Assembly: GCA_009926865.1 (NCBI GenBank)
Contig: RFOD01000002.1
Location: 28,576 to 92,575, forward strand
Origin: Gammaproteobacteria bacterium
GTDB taxonomy: Bacteria; Pseudomonadota; Gammaproteobacteria; Steroidobacterales; Steroidobacteraceae
Length of the DNA: 64,000 bases
Direction of reading: 5' to 3'
Under the pieces are notes generated by a model. The model worked only from the letters and a program-made list of their open reading frames with translations. It did no database searches and was not told the origin of the DNA. The translations under genes and the position numbers were made by a program. Within the stretch, counting starts at the first letter, position 1. Each line of letters starts with the position of its first letter. This document shows, piece by piece, positions 1 to 7,731 of this stretch.

Positions 1-237
1 GATACCGCATCACAGCCCGTTGCCAACCCTTACCCCGAGCGTATGCAGTTGCACCTGCAACGACACCCGGAATGATGAATACCTTGAGGGTACGTAAGCG
101 ACAGGTACCGCTTAGTAGCACCGATCTACTGGCAATAAATTTCTGGCAAAAATGGATAGCCGCGGGGTGATGCGCTTGCATCTTTTGTCCGCTCGTTGTG
201 TAGTTTGTGCTCAGGAGACACAAAACGGGGTGAAGCG

Positions 238-1563
238 ATGCAATCGTGCCGCATGTGGTCAGCTTTATTATTCAGTTGCATAGCGGGTATCGGTGTTTCA
301 GCCGAGTTTGAGCAGCCGACAGCGGTTACGCCGCCCTCACATCAAGCACTCGCAGCGGATCTTGCGGTCAATGCCGACGGTCAGCTGGCTCTTTTGTGGG
401 TCGATCGATCGCCGATGTCTGCGCCGGTTGCGGCTCCGGGAGATCAAGGCGGCCATTCAGGGCATAGCCAACATGCCAGCCAAGATCGCCATATCGCTTT
501 AACAGACCTTTATGTGGCGATCTCGCGCGACGGCGGCGAACATTTTGGTGAGCCCGTCAAGGTGAACGCCTCAGCCGGAGCGGTTTGGGGTCAGGCTGTC
601 AGTCGACCGAGGATTGTCGGGACGCCCGATGGAGCATGGCATGTCAGTTATGCCGCGAACGACCCGCATCCCAAATTGGGTAAGACGGCGTTGACGACGC
701 ACTACACCCGTTCGCTAGATGGGGGACAGACCTTTGAATCGCCGCGACGACTCTCGACTTTGACGGACCAAGATTTGAGCGATGTGATTCATGGGGGGTT
801 TGTCAGTGCAGCCGCGTTTGGCTCCATTGCCGCGTTGGATGATGGATCGGTCGTCGTCACCTGGATCGATACTCGTCACATGGCGCCAAACAGTAATTCG
901 GGTGCGCTCTACATCAATCGATCACGCGACTCGGGCGCCACTTTTGACGGTGAGCAACAACTCATTGATTCAGGCGTCTGCCCGTGTTGTCAGGTGATGG
1001 CGATTGATGGTGGAGCCGGTTCAGTGCTCATTGGGTCGCGAGCGGTTGATCCTAATAACTTTCGTGCTGCGACCGTCATGCGTTTAGCGCAAAAAGGAAT
1101 GGGTTCGGAGCGTCACGACATCGGCGGCGCAGCTTGGCAGATCGAAGGCTGTCCACTTAAACCAACAGTGATCACCCGATCAGGTCAGCATGTTTTCTCT
1201 GCTGTTCATAGTGGTGGTGAGTCGACACCCGGTGTCATTTTTTCGGTATCACAAGATGGAGGTGAGCAGTTTGCCTCGCGAGGCCTAGTTCACCCGCAAG
1301 CCTCTGTGTCGGACGCTCCAGCAATAGCGACTAACGGCAAAAATGTCGCGCTCGTCTGGCATGCGAAGACGACCAGCACTTGGGCGATTTATTATCAATT
1401 CTTTGATTTAGAGGGTAACGCCGTAGGCGACATACAGACTATCAATTCACCGGGTTCTGCGCGTGCACCAGTAGTGACCGCGCGGCCAGACGGCAGCTAT
1501 CAAGTGGCGTGGCAAGAAAATAGCCGCATCATGATGATGACCTTATCGGCGCCAACAACATGA
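238..1563 (+). CDS. Secreted BNR/Asp-box repeat beta-propeller protein (sialidase-like fold)
   Basis: ORF 196..1563. The in-frame ATG at 238 gives a signal-peptide-like N-terminus (MQSCRMWSALLFSCIAGIGVSA). Four Asp-box motifs SxDxGxxF are present: SRDGGEHF, SLDGGQTF, SRDSGATF, SQDGGEQF. A CPCC motif is also present. Confidence 0.7.
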   Translation: MQSCRMWSALLFSCIAGIGVSAEFEQPTAVTPPSHQALAADLAVNADGQLALLWVDRSPMSAPVAAPGDQGGHSGHSQHASQDRHIALTDLYVAISRDGGEHFGEPVKVNASAGAVWGQAVSRPRIVGTPDGAWHVSYAANDPHPKLGKTALTTHYTRSLDGGQTFESPRRLSTLTDQDLSDVIHGGFVSAAAFGSIAALDDGSVVVTWIDTRHMAPNSNSGALYINRSRDSGATFDGEQQLIDSGVCPCCQVMAIDGGAGSVLIGSRAVDPNNFRAATVMRLAQKGMGSERHDIGGAAWQIEGCPLKPTVITRSGQHVFSAVHSGGESTPGVIFSVSQDGGEQFASRGLVHPQASVSDAPAIATNGKNVALVWHAKTTSTWAIYYQFFDLEGNAVGDIQTINSPGSARAPVVTARPDGSYQVAWQENSRIMMMTLSAPTT

Positions 1564-2081
1564 TCAGAGCGGTGTGGTCTTTGAGCAGTCGCTGGTTGAT
1601 ATTGCTCTGTGTTACCACAGGGATGTCGGGTTTGGCGTATGCGAGGGATGCCGCTGTCCCACCTGCCTCGACTTTGAGTACGACCGCGTTTAAGTCTGAG
1701 CTCGACAAATATAAAGGCCAGGTATTAGTGGTGAACGTTTGGGCAACATGGTGCGTGCCTTGTTTGAGAGAAATACCGGATTTGCTTACTCTGCAACGCG
1801 ATTACGCTGACCAAGGTGTGGCCTTAATGGGTATTGCGGTGGATGAGCCAACACCCGGCGCAGCGGAAGTTGAGCGTTTTCGCCAACGCTACTTCCCGCA
1901 ATTTCTCACCTATGCCCGTCAGGGGCCCGACCTTGATGAGTTGACACGGGTTATTGATCCTGCATGGAATGAAGTGGTGCCCACCACTTACGTAATCGGC
2001 CGCGACGGTCAAATCATTCAGCGTATTCAGGGCAAGAGGACCCTCGAACAATTTCGAGCCTTGCTGCAGCAGGCTCTTTGA
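1560..2081 (+). CDS. TlpA/redoxin-family periplasmic thiol:disulfide oxidoreductase
   Basis: Thioredoxin-fold CxxC motif in the context VVNVWATWCVPCLREIP. Hydrophobic N-terminal anchor. 4-nt ATGA overlap with the upstream ORF. Confidence 0.85.
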   Translation: MIRAVWSLSSRWLILLCVTTGMSGLAYARDAAVPPASTLSTTAFKSELDKYKGQVLVVNVWATWCVPCLREIPDLLTLQRDYADQGVALMGIAVDEPTPGAAEVERFRQRYFPQFLTYARQGPDLDELTRVIDPAWNEVVPTTYVIGRDGQIIQRIQGKRTLEQFRALLQQAL

Positions 2082-2361
2082 TTGCTACTACCCTGAGTAA
2101 CGATCGACCCAATATATTGAGTCGATCTTGATAACTTAGCGGGACGGCTGGATAGCTCGCAGGCGTCATCAGCAAAACGTAGCTCTCAATCACAGGTAAC
2201 GGTAGATGGCGTGACTCCGGTACATCAAAGGCTGCCACGATCAATCGCCAACGATTTTCCGCTTCGTCAAGCGTCAATGTATCCGTATCTTGAGTCATAG
2301 CCGATAAGTGCTTTATGAGCGCTGAGGCGGGTCCCGTTAACTCAGTGAATTGGTCGGTCAT
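2014..2361 (-). CDS. Hypothetical protein
   Basis: 115-aa ORF with no recognisable motif. It overlaps the 3' end of the redoxin gene by 68 nt and faces an AT-rich intergenic region. Confidence 0.3.
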   Translation of the reverse strand: MTDQFTELTGPASALIKHLSAMTQDTDTLTLDEAENRWRLIVAAFDVPESRHLPLPVIESYVLLMTPASYPAVPLSYQDRLNILGRSLLRVVAIKEPAAARLEIVRGSSCPEYAE

Positions 2362-2595
2362 TGCGCCATCTCTGCCTAGCGATGGACGAGACTGCCAGTT
2401 TGTAGGGGCTGCGCATAGTAATCCTTTAAGTCTTGCAAAATATTTGCGTTTTTTAGACGAAAAATAGGCGTAATTTGTCTAGTGCAGAGCCATTCACTTT
2501 TACTGACAATCTCATATCAGTATGTGTATGCGAGAAAAAGCCGGATCTGGCTTTAGATCAGTGAAATCGTTCCAATTTTTTTCGTAATAATCTTG

Positions 2596-2973
2596 ATGTC
2601 AAAAATCACCAATTCAAAGAAATTAAGTCAGTCGATGATGGGAGAGGCCATTCGTCAGCAACGTCGGCGCCTCGGTATGACGCAGGCGCAGCTTGCAACG
2701 CTGATCAAGACACAACCTGATAGTATCTCGCGTATCGAGCGAGGACATCATCAGCCCTCGTTAGCGCGGCTCGAAAAAATTGCCTCGGCGTTAGAGATTT
2801 CACCGGAAGCTTTAATCGCACGAGCCAGTCACTCGCCGAGTCGGGAAATACTCGCGTTATTAAAAGAGATTGAGTCCCTACACCCTGACGCTCAGTCCTT
2901 TGTGCTCGAGAGTCTGCGAAAACACATTGCCTTTTTCTCGCGCGAGAACAACGCTTCTTACATCCATGCTTGA
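2596..2973 (+). CDS. XRE-family helix-turn-helix transcriptional regulator
   Basis: Classic HTH_3 signature: LGMTQAQLATLIKTQPDSISRIERGHHQPSLARLEKIASALEISPEALI. The ATG at 2596 lies one codon inside the ORF-track start. Confidence 0.85.
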   Translation: MSKITNSKKLSQSMMGEAIRQQRRRLGMTQAQLATLIKTQPDSISRIERGHHQPSLARLEKIASALEISPEALIARASHSPSREILALLKEIESLHPDAQSFVLESLRKHIAFFSRENNASYIHA

Positions 2974-3005
2974 CCGGCCTTTACCGGTTCCGTGACACTC
3001 GGGTC

Positions 3006-4133
3006 ATGAGCAAGTTAGAACTCCACACTATGTTGGCCGAAAGTACTCATGATGAACGTGAGCGCCAGCTATTTGTCACGCAGCTACGCGGTCATTTGGC
3101 CAGTCGTGTGGTGCCGGGAAATTACGCGGTCTATGAGCGCCGTATTGAACCGAGTTTTCGCCGTCGCCATGGGCGCTCTCCACAGCACTTCAATGACGTT
3201 CGCGCTGCGATGGAACAAGACGGTTACTACCAGTTTTGGAGTGCGATGCAGCGTTGTAGTCAGGAGCTCATGTGGGAGTCGGTCATCGATCCGGTCGAGC
3301 GCGCTGCGAGTACGTTAAACCGAAAAGCAAAATCAGCCAAGCCTAAGACTAAAGGCTCACTTAAGTTGGATCCGAGCTTGGTGGTGCCTCGCTATCACAC
3401 GGCGGTCGATATCCATCTACAGCCCGGTGGGTACCATAGTGAATTTATTGAGGATGACGTCAGTGCAGGCGTGATCTATGACATGGCCCTCAATATTTAC
3501 TCGAATGGTAGCATGGGCCCGCGCAATGAATATTTAGGTGAACTCTTAGTAGGGTTTTTTTGCGAGCAATATCCAGACCGTCAGCCGCGCAAAATACTGG
3601 ATATGGGCTGTGCTATTGGTAATAGCACACTCCCTTGGGCAAAAGCATTTCCGCGATCGCGAGTCGAGGCGATCGACGTAGCCGCGCCGCAGTTAAGATA
3701 TGCGCATGCGCGTGCTGAAGCATGGGATATTCCAGTTCACTTTAGTCAACAAAATGCAGAGTGCACTCATTTCGAAGATTCAAGTTTTGATCTAGTGATC
3801 TCCCATATCATGTTGCACGAAACATCAAAATCCGCACTCAATCATATTTTGCGAGAGTGCCATCGAATTCTACGGCCAGGCGGTCTCATGTTGCACCTTG
3901 AGGTCCCTCGTGGCCGCACAGTACTCGAGCAGTTTTTGTATAACTGGGAGAGCTGGAACAATAACGAGACATTCGGTCAGTTCATGACCGAGGCCAGATT
4001 GGCGGACTTGGCATGTAAGGCGGGCTTCTCGTCAGAGGCCGTTGAGTGTCTTGATTATTCAGTTCGACGTGAAAAGGAGCAGCAGCTGTACTCTGCCGAT
4101 AGCTATTGGAAGATCCTGTTGGCTCAAAAATAA
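3006..4133 (+). CDS. Class I SAM-dependent methyltransferase with a ~190-aa N-terminal extension
   Basis: SAM-binding motif I (KILDMGCAIGNST), then DLVISHIMLHE and LRPGGLMLHLE. The start is ambiguous: TTG 2970 overlapping the XRE stop, or ATG 3006. Confidence 0.8.
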   Translation: MSKLELHTMLAESTHDERERQLFVTQLRGHLASRVVPGNYAVYERRIEPSFRRRHGRSPQHFNDVRAAMEQDGYYQFWSAMQRCSQELMWESVIDPVERAASTLNRKAKSAKPKTKGSLKLDPSLVVPRYHTAVDIHLQPGGYHSEFIEDDVSAGVIYDMALNIYSNGSMGPRNEYLGELLVGFFCEQYPDRQPRKILDMGCAIGNSTLPWAKAFPRSRVEAIDVAAPQLRYAHARAEAWDIPVHFSQQNAECTHFEDSSFDLVISHIMLHETSKSALNHILRECHRILRPGGLMLHLEVPRGRTVLEQFLYNWESWNNNETFGQFMTEARLADLACKAGFSSEAVECLDYSVRREKEQQLYSADSYWKILLAQK

Positions 4134-4150
4134 CGACTTCGATTATGGGG

Positions 4151-4582
4151 TCAGGCTGAGCTGCGCCAGGGTTCGCGCAAGATCCGCAGGATGCCCTGAA
4201 ACCGAGGATCGAGTGCCGGGGAAGGGGTGGCTGGTGTCGATTCGGGCGAGGTTGTGCGAGGCTCGACTGGCTCGATGGTGATGTCTTCGTAGGTGAGCTG
4301 CCCGAAGACCTCAGCGTCAGCGCCGAGCACGAGAGACTGTTGTGCCCCGACGTCGCCATGTACGCACCCGTGCAGTTCGATGTCGGTCGCTCTAACCGCA
4401 CCGTGGATTACCGCGGAATGATCCACGGAAAGCGTCGAGCGCCGCTGGGGTTGGGTGGGGGTCACATGCCCCAATACGGTCCCCGCGATGTGGGCGCCTT
4501 GGGCGAAGCGTAAGCTGCCGTGAATGACGGTATTCGCCCCAATAACCGTCTTGATTTTATTTCGTCGCAAGAGGCTTCGCAT
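4151..4582 (-). CDS. Bactofilin (DUF583) paralogue A1
   Basis: Repetitive beta-helix windings: TVIGANTVIHGSLRFAQGAHIAGTVLGHV ... AVIHGAVRATDIELHGCVHGDVGAQQSLVLGADAEVFGQLTYEDITIE. Pro/Ser/Thr-rich tail. Start taken at internal Met30 (MRSLLRRNKIK). Clear paralogue of 5574..6038. Confidence 0.75.
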   Translation of the reverse strand: MRSLLRRNKIKTVIGANTVIHGSLRFAQGAHIAGTVLGHVTPTQPQRRSTLSVDHSAVIHGAVRATDIELHGCVHGDVGAQQSLVLGADAEVFGQLTYEDITIEPVEPRTTSPESTPATPSPALDPRFQGILRILREPWRSSA

Positions 4583-4680
4583 GCACGGGAGTATGCAAAC
4601 TGCAGTGCAAGTTGCGTCCTTAAAACTGATCCAATATGGTAGTGTCTGCGCATAAACATAAAGGTTCACAGGCGGCCGTC

Positions 4681-5103
4681 ATGGACAGCAAGGATTCCAA
4701 AGGATGTCTCTTTGTCGGAGAGGGCGTCACGATCAATGGTGAAGTGGCCCTGCCGGGTGCAGTATTTGTAGACGGCGTCATCAACGGTCAGATCCGAGCC
4801 AACGAAGTCTTCGTTGGTGTCACAGGTCAAGTCAATGGCACCGTCAGCGCATCCAAGGCGGACATCCGCGGCGCCGTAGGCGATGCCATCGAAATCCACG
4901 AGCATATTACGGTGAGAGCCAGCGCGCGATTGCAAGGTAACGTGACCTATCGATCGCTTGAGATTGAGCGCGGCGGCGTGATTGAGGGTCAGCTGGTGTG
5001 CGTCGATGAGCCGATCGAGCCTGCGCCCGCACTCGTATCCCCGGCGTCTGTACCCTTGACGGAATCGGACGATGTATCAACCGGTTCCACGCCTAGTTCT
5101 TGA
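4681..5103 (+). CDS. Bactofilin (DUF583) paralogue B1
   Basis: GCLFVGEGVTINGEVALPGAVFVDGVINGQIRANEVFVGVTGQVNGTVSASKADIRGAVGD ... LQGNVTYRSLEIERGGVIEGQLV. Disordered C-tail. Start at ATG 4681 (MDSKDSKG). Paralogue of 6172..6621. Confidence 0.8.
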   Translation: MDSKDSKGCLFVGEGVTINGEVALPGAVFVDGVINGQIRANEVFVGVTGQVNGTVSASKADIRGAVGDAIEIHEHITVRASARLQGNVTYRSLEIERGGVIEGQLVCVDEPIEPAPALVSPASVPLTESDDVSTGSTPSS

Positions 5104-5124
5104 ATCCGATTTCATTGGTGACCC

Positions 5125-5571
5125 ATGTTTGGTAAACGCCGGAACGACGCGTCCAGCGAATCCCAGCAGTCTGAATCCACGCGTCAGTCTTTGGAGCCCC
5201 CAGTCATGAACGACCTGAGTCGAAAACCCCTTTCTGCCGCGGATGAGGCGTCTCGTAATCGGTTGGGCGTGATCTCAGAGGGTTTTGAATGCGAAGGGTC
5301 GATCCGATTTGATGGGCCTTTGCAGCTTGATGGGCGTTTCAAAGGCACGATGTCGGTGAAAAGTTTGACTATCGGTAAGACAGGAGACTGTGAAGCCGAT
5401 TTGCGCTGCAAATCTTTGGTCGTGCGTGGGCGTTTCACCGGTAAGGCGGTCTGCGAAGAGCTCGAGGTAGCGACGGGTGCCATCATCTTGGCGGATGTGG
5501 CCTATGGCCGCATCCGGGTTGCAGCGGATTCTCATATCCGCGGCCGTCTGAGCCATCAACCTATCGACTGA
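5125..5571 (+). CDS. Bactofilin (DUF583) paralogue C1
   Basis: N-terminal MFGKRR, a disordered linker, then FECEGSIRFDGPLQLDGRFKGTMSVKSLTIGKTGDCEADLRCKSLVVRGRFTGKAVCEELEVATGAIILADVAYGRIRVAADSHIRGRL. Paralogue of 6631..7035. Confidence 0.8.
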   Translation: MFGKRRNDASSESQQSESTRQSLEPPVMNDLSRKPLSAADEASRNRLGVISEGFECEGSIRFDGPLQLDGRFKGTMSVKSLTIGKTGDCEADLRCKSLVVRGRFTGKAVCEELEVATGAIILADVAYGRIRVAADSHIRGRLSHQPID

Positions 5572-5573
5572 GA

Positions 5574-6038
5574 TTACACGCGCGGTCGGCGCAGCATTTG
5601 CACCATATCCTGATAGCGTTTGACGGATTTGTTGCTGCTGCGTTCGTTTTCTAGTTCGCCCACTGATTCTTCGAGCAGCCGATTGGGGATAAACCGACCC
5701 ATCACTGAATTGCAGCCATCCACCGCGAGTTCTGAATAACACACATCGCCCGCCACACGAGCCTTGGCGCCGATCGTCACGCGTTGCAGAGCAAAGATAT
5801 CGCCGTCGACCGAGCCATGCACGATGACATCCGTACCGCGCACAGAACCTTTGACGATCCCCTTCTCTCCGATCCAAACCTGCGAGGGTTCGTCAGGGTT
5901 TTCAGGTGCCAAATCACCGAGCACTGTGCCGTCAATGTGAATGCCGCCCGAATAGGTTAAGTTGCCATCCACAAGCGTCCCAGCCCCAATCAAAGTGGCG
6001 AGCGCGCACGGTTTACCTTTTTTATCTCGACGAAACAT
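5574..6038 (-). CDS. Bactofilin (DUF583) paralogue A2
   Basis: MFRRDKKGKP N-terminus (ATG at 6038), then TLIGAGTLVDGNLTYSGGIHIDGTVLGDL ... IVKGSVRGTDVIVHGSVDGDIFALQRVTIGAKARVAGDVCYSELAVD. Its stop lies 2 nt from the stop of 5125..5571. Confidence 0.8.
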   Translation of the reverse strand: MFRRDKKGKPCALATLIGAGTLVDGNLTYSGGIHIDGTVLGDLAPENPDEPSQVWIGEKGIVKGSVRGTDVIVHGSVDGDIFALQRVTIGAKARVAGDVCYSELAVDGCNSVMGRFIPNRLLEESVGELENERSSNKSVKRYQDMVQMLRRPRV

Positions 6039-6171
6039 ATCGGCTGGGTTCCCCAAGTTGACCGTTCCACTGCGGATCAGTCTAACCCCGTTGCCCAGTG
6101 ATGGGCAGGTCTGACGAGGACGATAATCCGAAGTTGGCTACCATGACACAAGATGCGGGGGGTTGCGCAGC

Positions 6172-6621
6172 ATGATTGATCACACCAAAGACACCAAAGG
6201 GTGTTTATTTGTCGGTGAGGGGGTCACCATATCAGGCGAAATTACTTTGCCTGGCGCCATCTTCGTCGATGGTGTGGTGGATGGCACTATCGAGGCGCGC
6301 GAGCTCTTCGTCGGGGCTTCAGGGTGCGTCACGGGGAGCGCTAAAGTCGCGAAAGCCGACATTCGCGGTGTCATGGGGCAGCATCTTGAGGCCGCCGAAC
6401 ACGTGACTCTGCGTTCGACGGGTCGCTTGGAGGGCAAAGTTGTTTACCGCTCGATTGATATCGAGCGAGGGGGCATCGTACAAGGCGAGATGGTATGCGA
6501 AGCGGCGCTGCCGGAGACGGCAGCAGCGGCGCCTGCAGCAGAAGCGCTCGGTGATGAGCGAAGCCGCGACGCAGTAGCTTCATCCTTATCGGACCCAACC
6601 GATCCATCGGCTGCACCGTGA
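6172..6621 (+). CDS. Bactofilin (DUF583) paralogue B2
   Basis: MIDHTKDTKGCLFVGEGVTISGEITLPGAIFVDGVVDGTIEARELFVGASGCVTGSAKVAKADIRG ... VVYRSIDIERGGIVQGEMV. Ala/Pro-rich tail. Confidence 0.8.
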   Translation: MIDHTKDTKGCLFVGEGVTISGEITLPGAIFVDGVVDGTIEARELFVGASGCVTGSAKVAKADIRGVMGQHLEAAEHVTLRSTGRLEGKVVYRSIDIERGGIVQGEMVCEAALPETAAAAPAAEALGDERSRDAVASSLSDPTDPSAAP

Positions 6622-6630
6622 GGTTGGTCG

Positions 6631-7035
6631 ATGTTCGGTAAACGACGCGATAACACGCCTCCCGCGACGGCTGAATTAGAGACAGAGGTGTTGCCGGCAC
6701 CCCCTGCCCCGGCGCCGGCACGAGGTCGCCCCGCCTACTTTGGTCCCGGCTTTACGGCCGAGGGTGCAATCCAATTTGAGGGGCAGCTGGATCTTGACGG
6801 ACAATTCAGCGGTGATATCCGGGCGGCGCGCTTGATTATTGGTCCGACCGGCCGCTGTGATGGGACTGTGATCTGCGATTCACTGGTGGTGAAGGGGCGA
6901 TTCTCTGGGTCGGCAAGCTGTCGTGAGCTCGAGGTCCACACCGGCGCTCATTTGATGGCCGATGTCACGTACACTGAGATCCGTGTGACGCCGCGGGCCC
7001 AGATCTCCGGTCGGCTCATGCATCGAAACCGCTAA
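6631..7035 (+). CDS. Bactofilin (DUF583) paralogue C2
   Basis: MFGKRRDN N-terminus, then FTAEGAIQFEGQLDLDGQFSGDIRAARLIIGPTGRCDGTVICDSLVVKGRFSGSASCRELEVHTGAHLMADVTYTEIRVTPRAQISGRL. Confidence 0.8.
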   Translation: MFGKRRDNTPPATAELETEVLPAPPAPAPARGRPAYFGPGFTAEGAIQFEGQLDLDGQFSGDIRAARLIIGPTGRCDGTVICDSLVVKGRFSGSASCRELEVHTGAHLMADVTYTEIRVTPRAQISGRLMHRNR

Positions 7036-7043
7036 GCGAGTTA

Positions 7044-7061
7044 CCGCGACCTTTGTCGCGG
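7044..7061 (+). terminator. Short GC hairpin after the bactofilin array (weak terminator candidate)
   Basis: CCGCGAC-cttt-GTCGCGG, a 7-bp stem immediately 3' of the stop at 7035. No T-tract follows, so this is weak. Confidence 0.25.
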
Positions 7062-7110
7062 CGACCCTCGGTATACTCGGTCCTCTCCATCTTGGCGCGG
7101 GGCCTTATTC

Positions 7111-7689
7111 ATGAAACAGCTGAGCAGCACGTTGCTGAAAGGGCTACTGACCATCTTGCCCATCAGTTTGACCCTCTATTTCGCGTATTGGCTGGGTGTG
7201 ACCACCGAGAGTTTGCTCTCAGTACCCCTCAAAATGTTGGTCTCTGAGGCCTACTATTGGCCCGGTATGGGCGTGATCGCCGGAGTGCTCGTGCTGCTGG
7301 TCGTGGGTCTTTTGGTGAACGCCTATTTAGTTCGACGCTTGATCGAGTTTGGTGAGCGCTTGTTATTGCGCGTGCCGGTCTTAAAGACGGTCTACGGGGC
7401 GATTCGTGATCTCACTAGCCTCGTTCGCGTGGGCGATGGTGGGGGTGAGCTACAACGAGTGGTGCTCGTCGATGTCGGTCCGGGTCGAGTGATTGGGTTT
7501 GTGACCCAAGAGGCCGCGAGTTTGCCCGGTATGATAGAAGACAATTCTTTGGTGGCCGTCTATTTGCCCATGAGCTATCAAATCGGTGGGTATACCCTAT
7601 ATTTGCCACGAGAACGCTTGCAGCCGACGGATCTTTCCGTTGAGCAGGCGATGCGAATCGTACTCACGGGTGGCCTGCAAAACCGTTGA
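7111..7689 (+). CDS. DUF502-family membrane protein
   Basis: N-terminal LLKGLLTILPISLTLYFAYWL plus a second TM helix, then a soluble C-terminal domain. The architecture is typical of DUF502. The family call is from memory. Confidence 0.65.
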   Translation: MKQLSSTLLKGLLTILPISLTLYFAYWLGVTTESLLSVPLKMLVSEAYYWPGMGVIAGVLVLLVVGLLVNAYLVRRLIEFGERLLLRVPVLKTVYGAIRDLTSLVRVGDGGGELQRVVLVDVGPGRVIGFVTQEAASLPGMIEDNSLVAVYLPMSYQIGGYTLYLPRERLQPTDLSVEQAMRIVLTGGLQNR

Positions 7690-7731
7690 GTCGTTGTCGT
7701 TGAGAGATCCGAACACGAGAAGGTCAGAGTC

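Noticed and set aside
1-195. Possible partial gene at the extreme 5' edge of the window.
   Set aside because: Only short ORFs (<60 aa) are present, for example a 35-aa ORF starting ATGATGAATACC. No motif or context supports a call.
7053-7247. 64-aa ORF overlapping the start of the DUF502 gene.
   Set aside because: It is out of frame with the much better supported DUF502 ORF, has no motif, and has no separate RBS.
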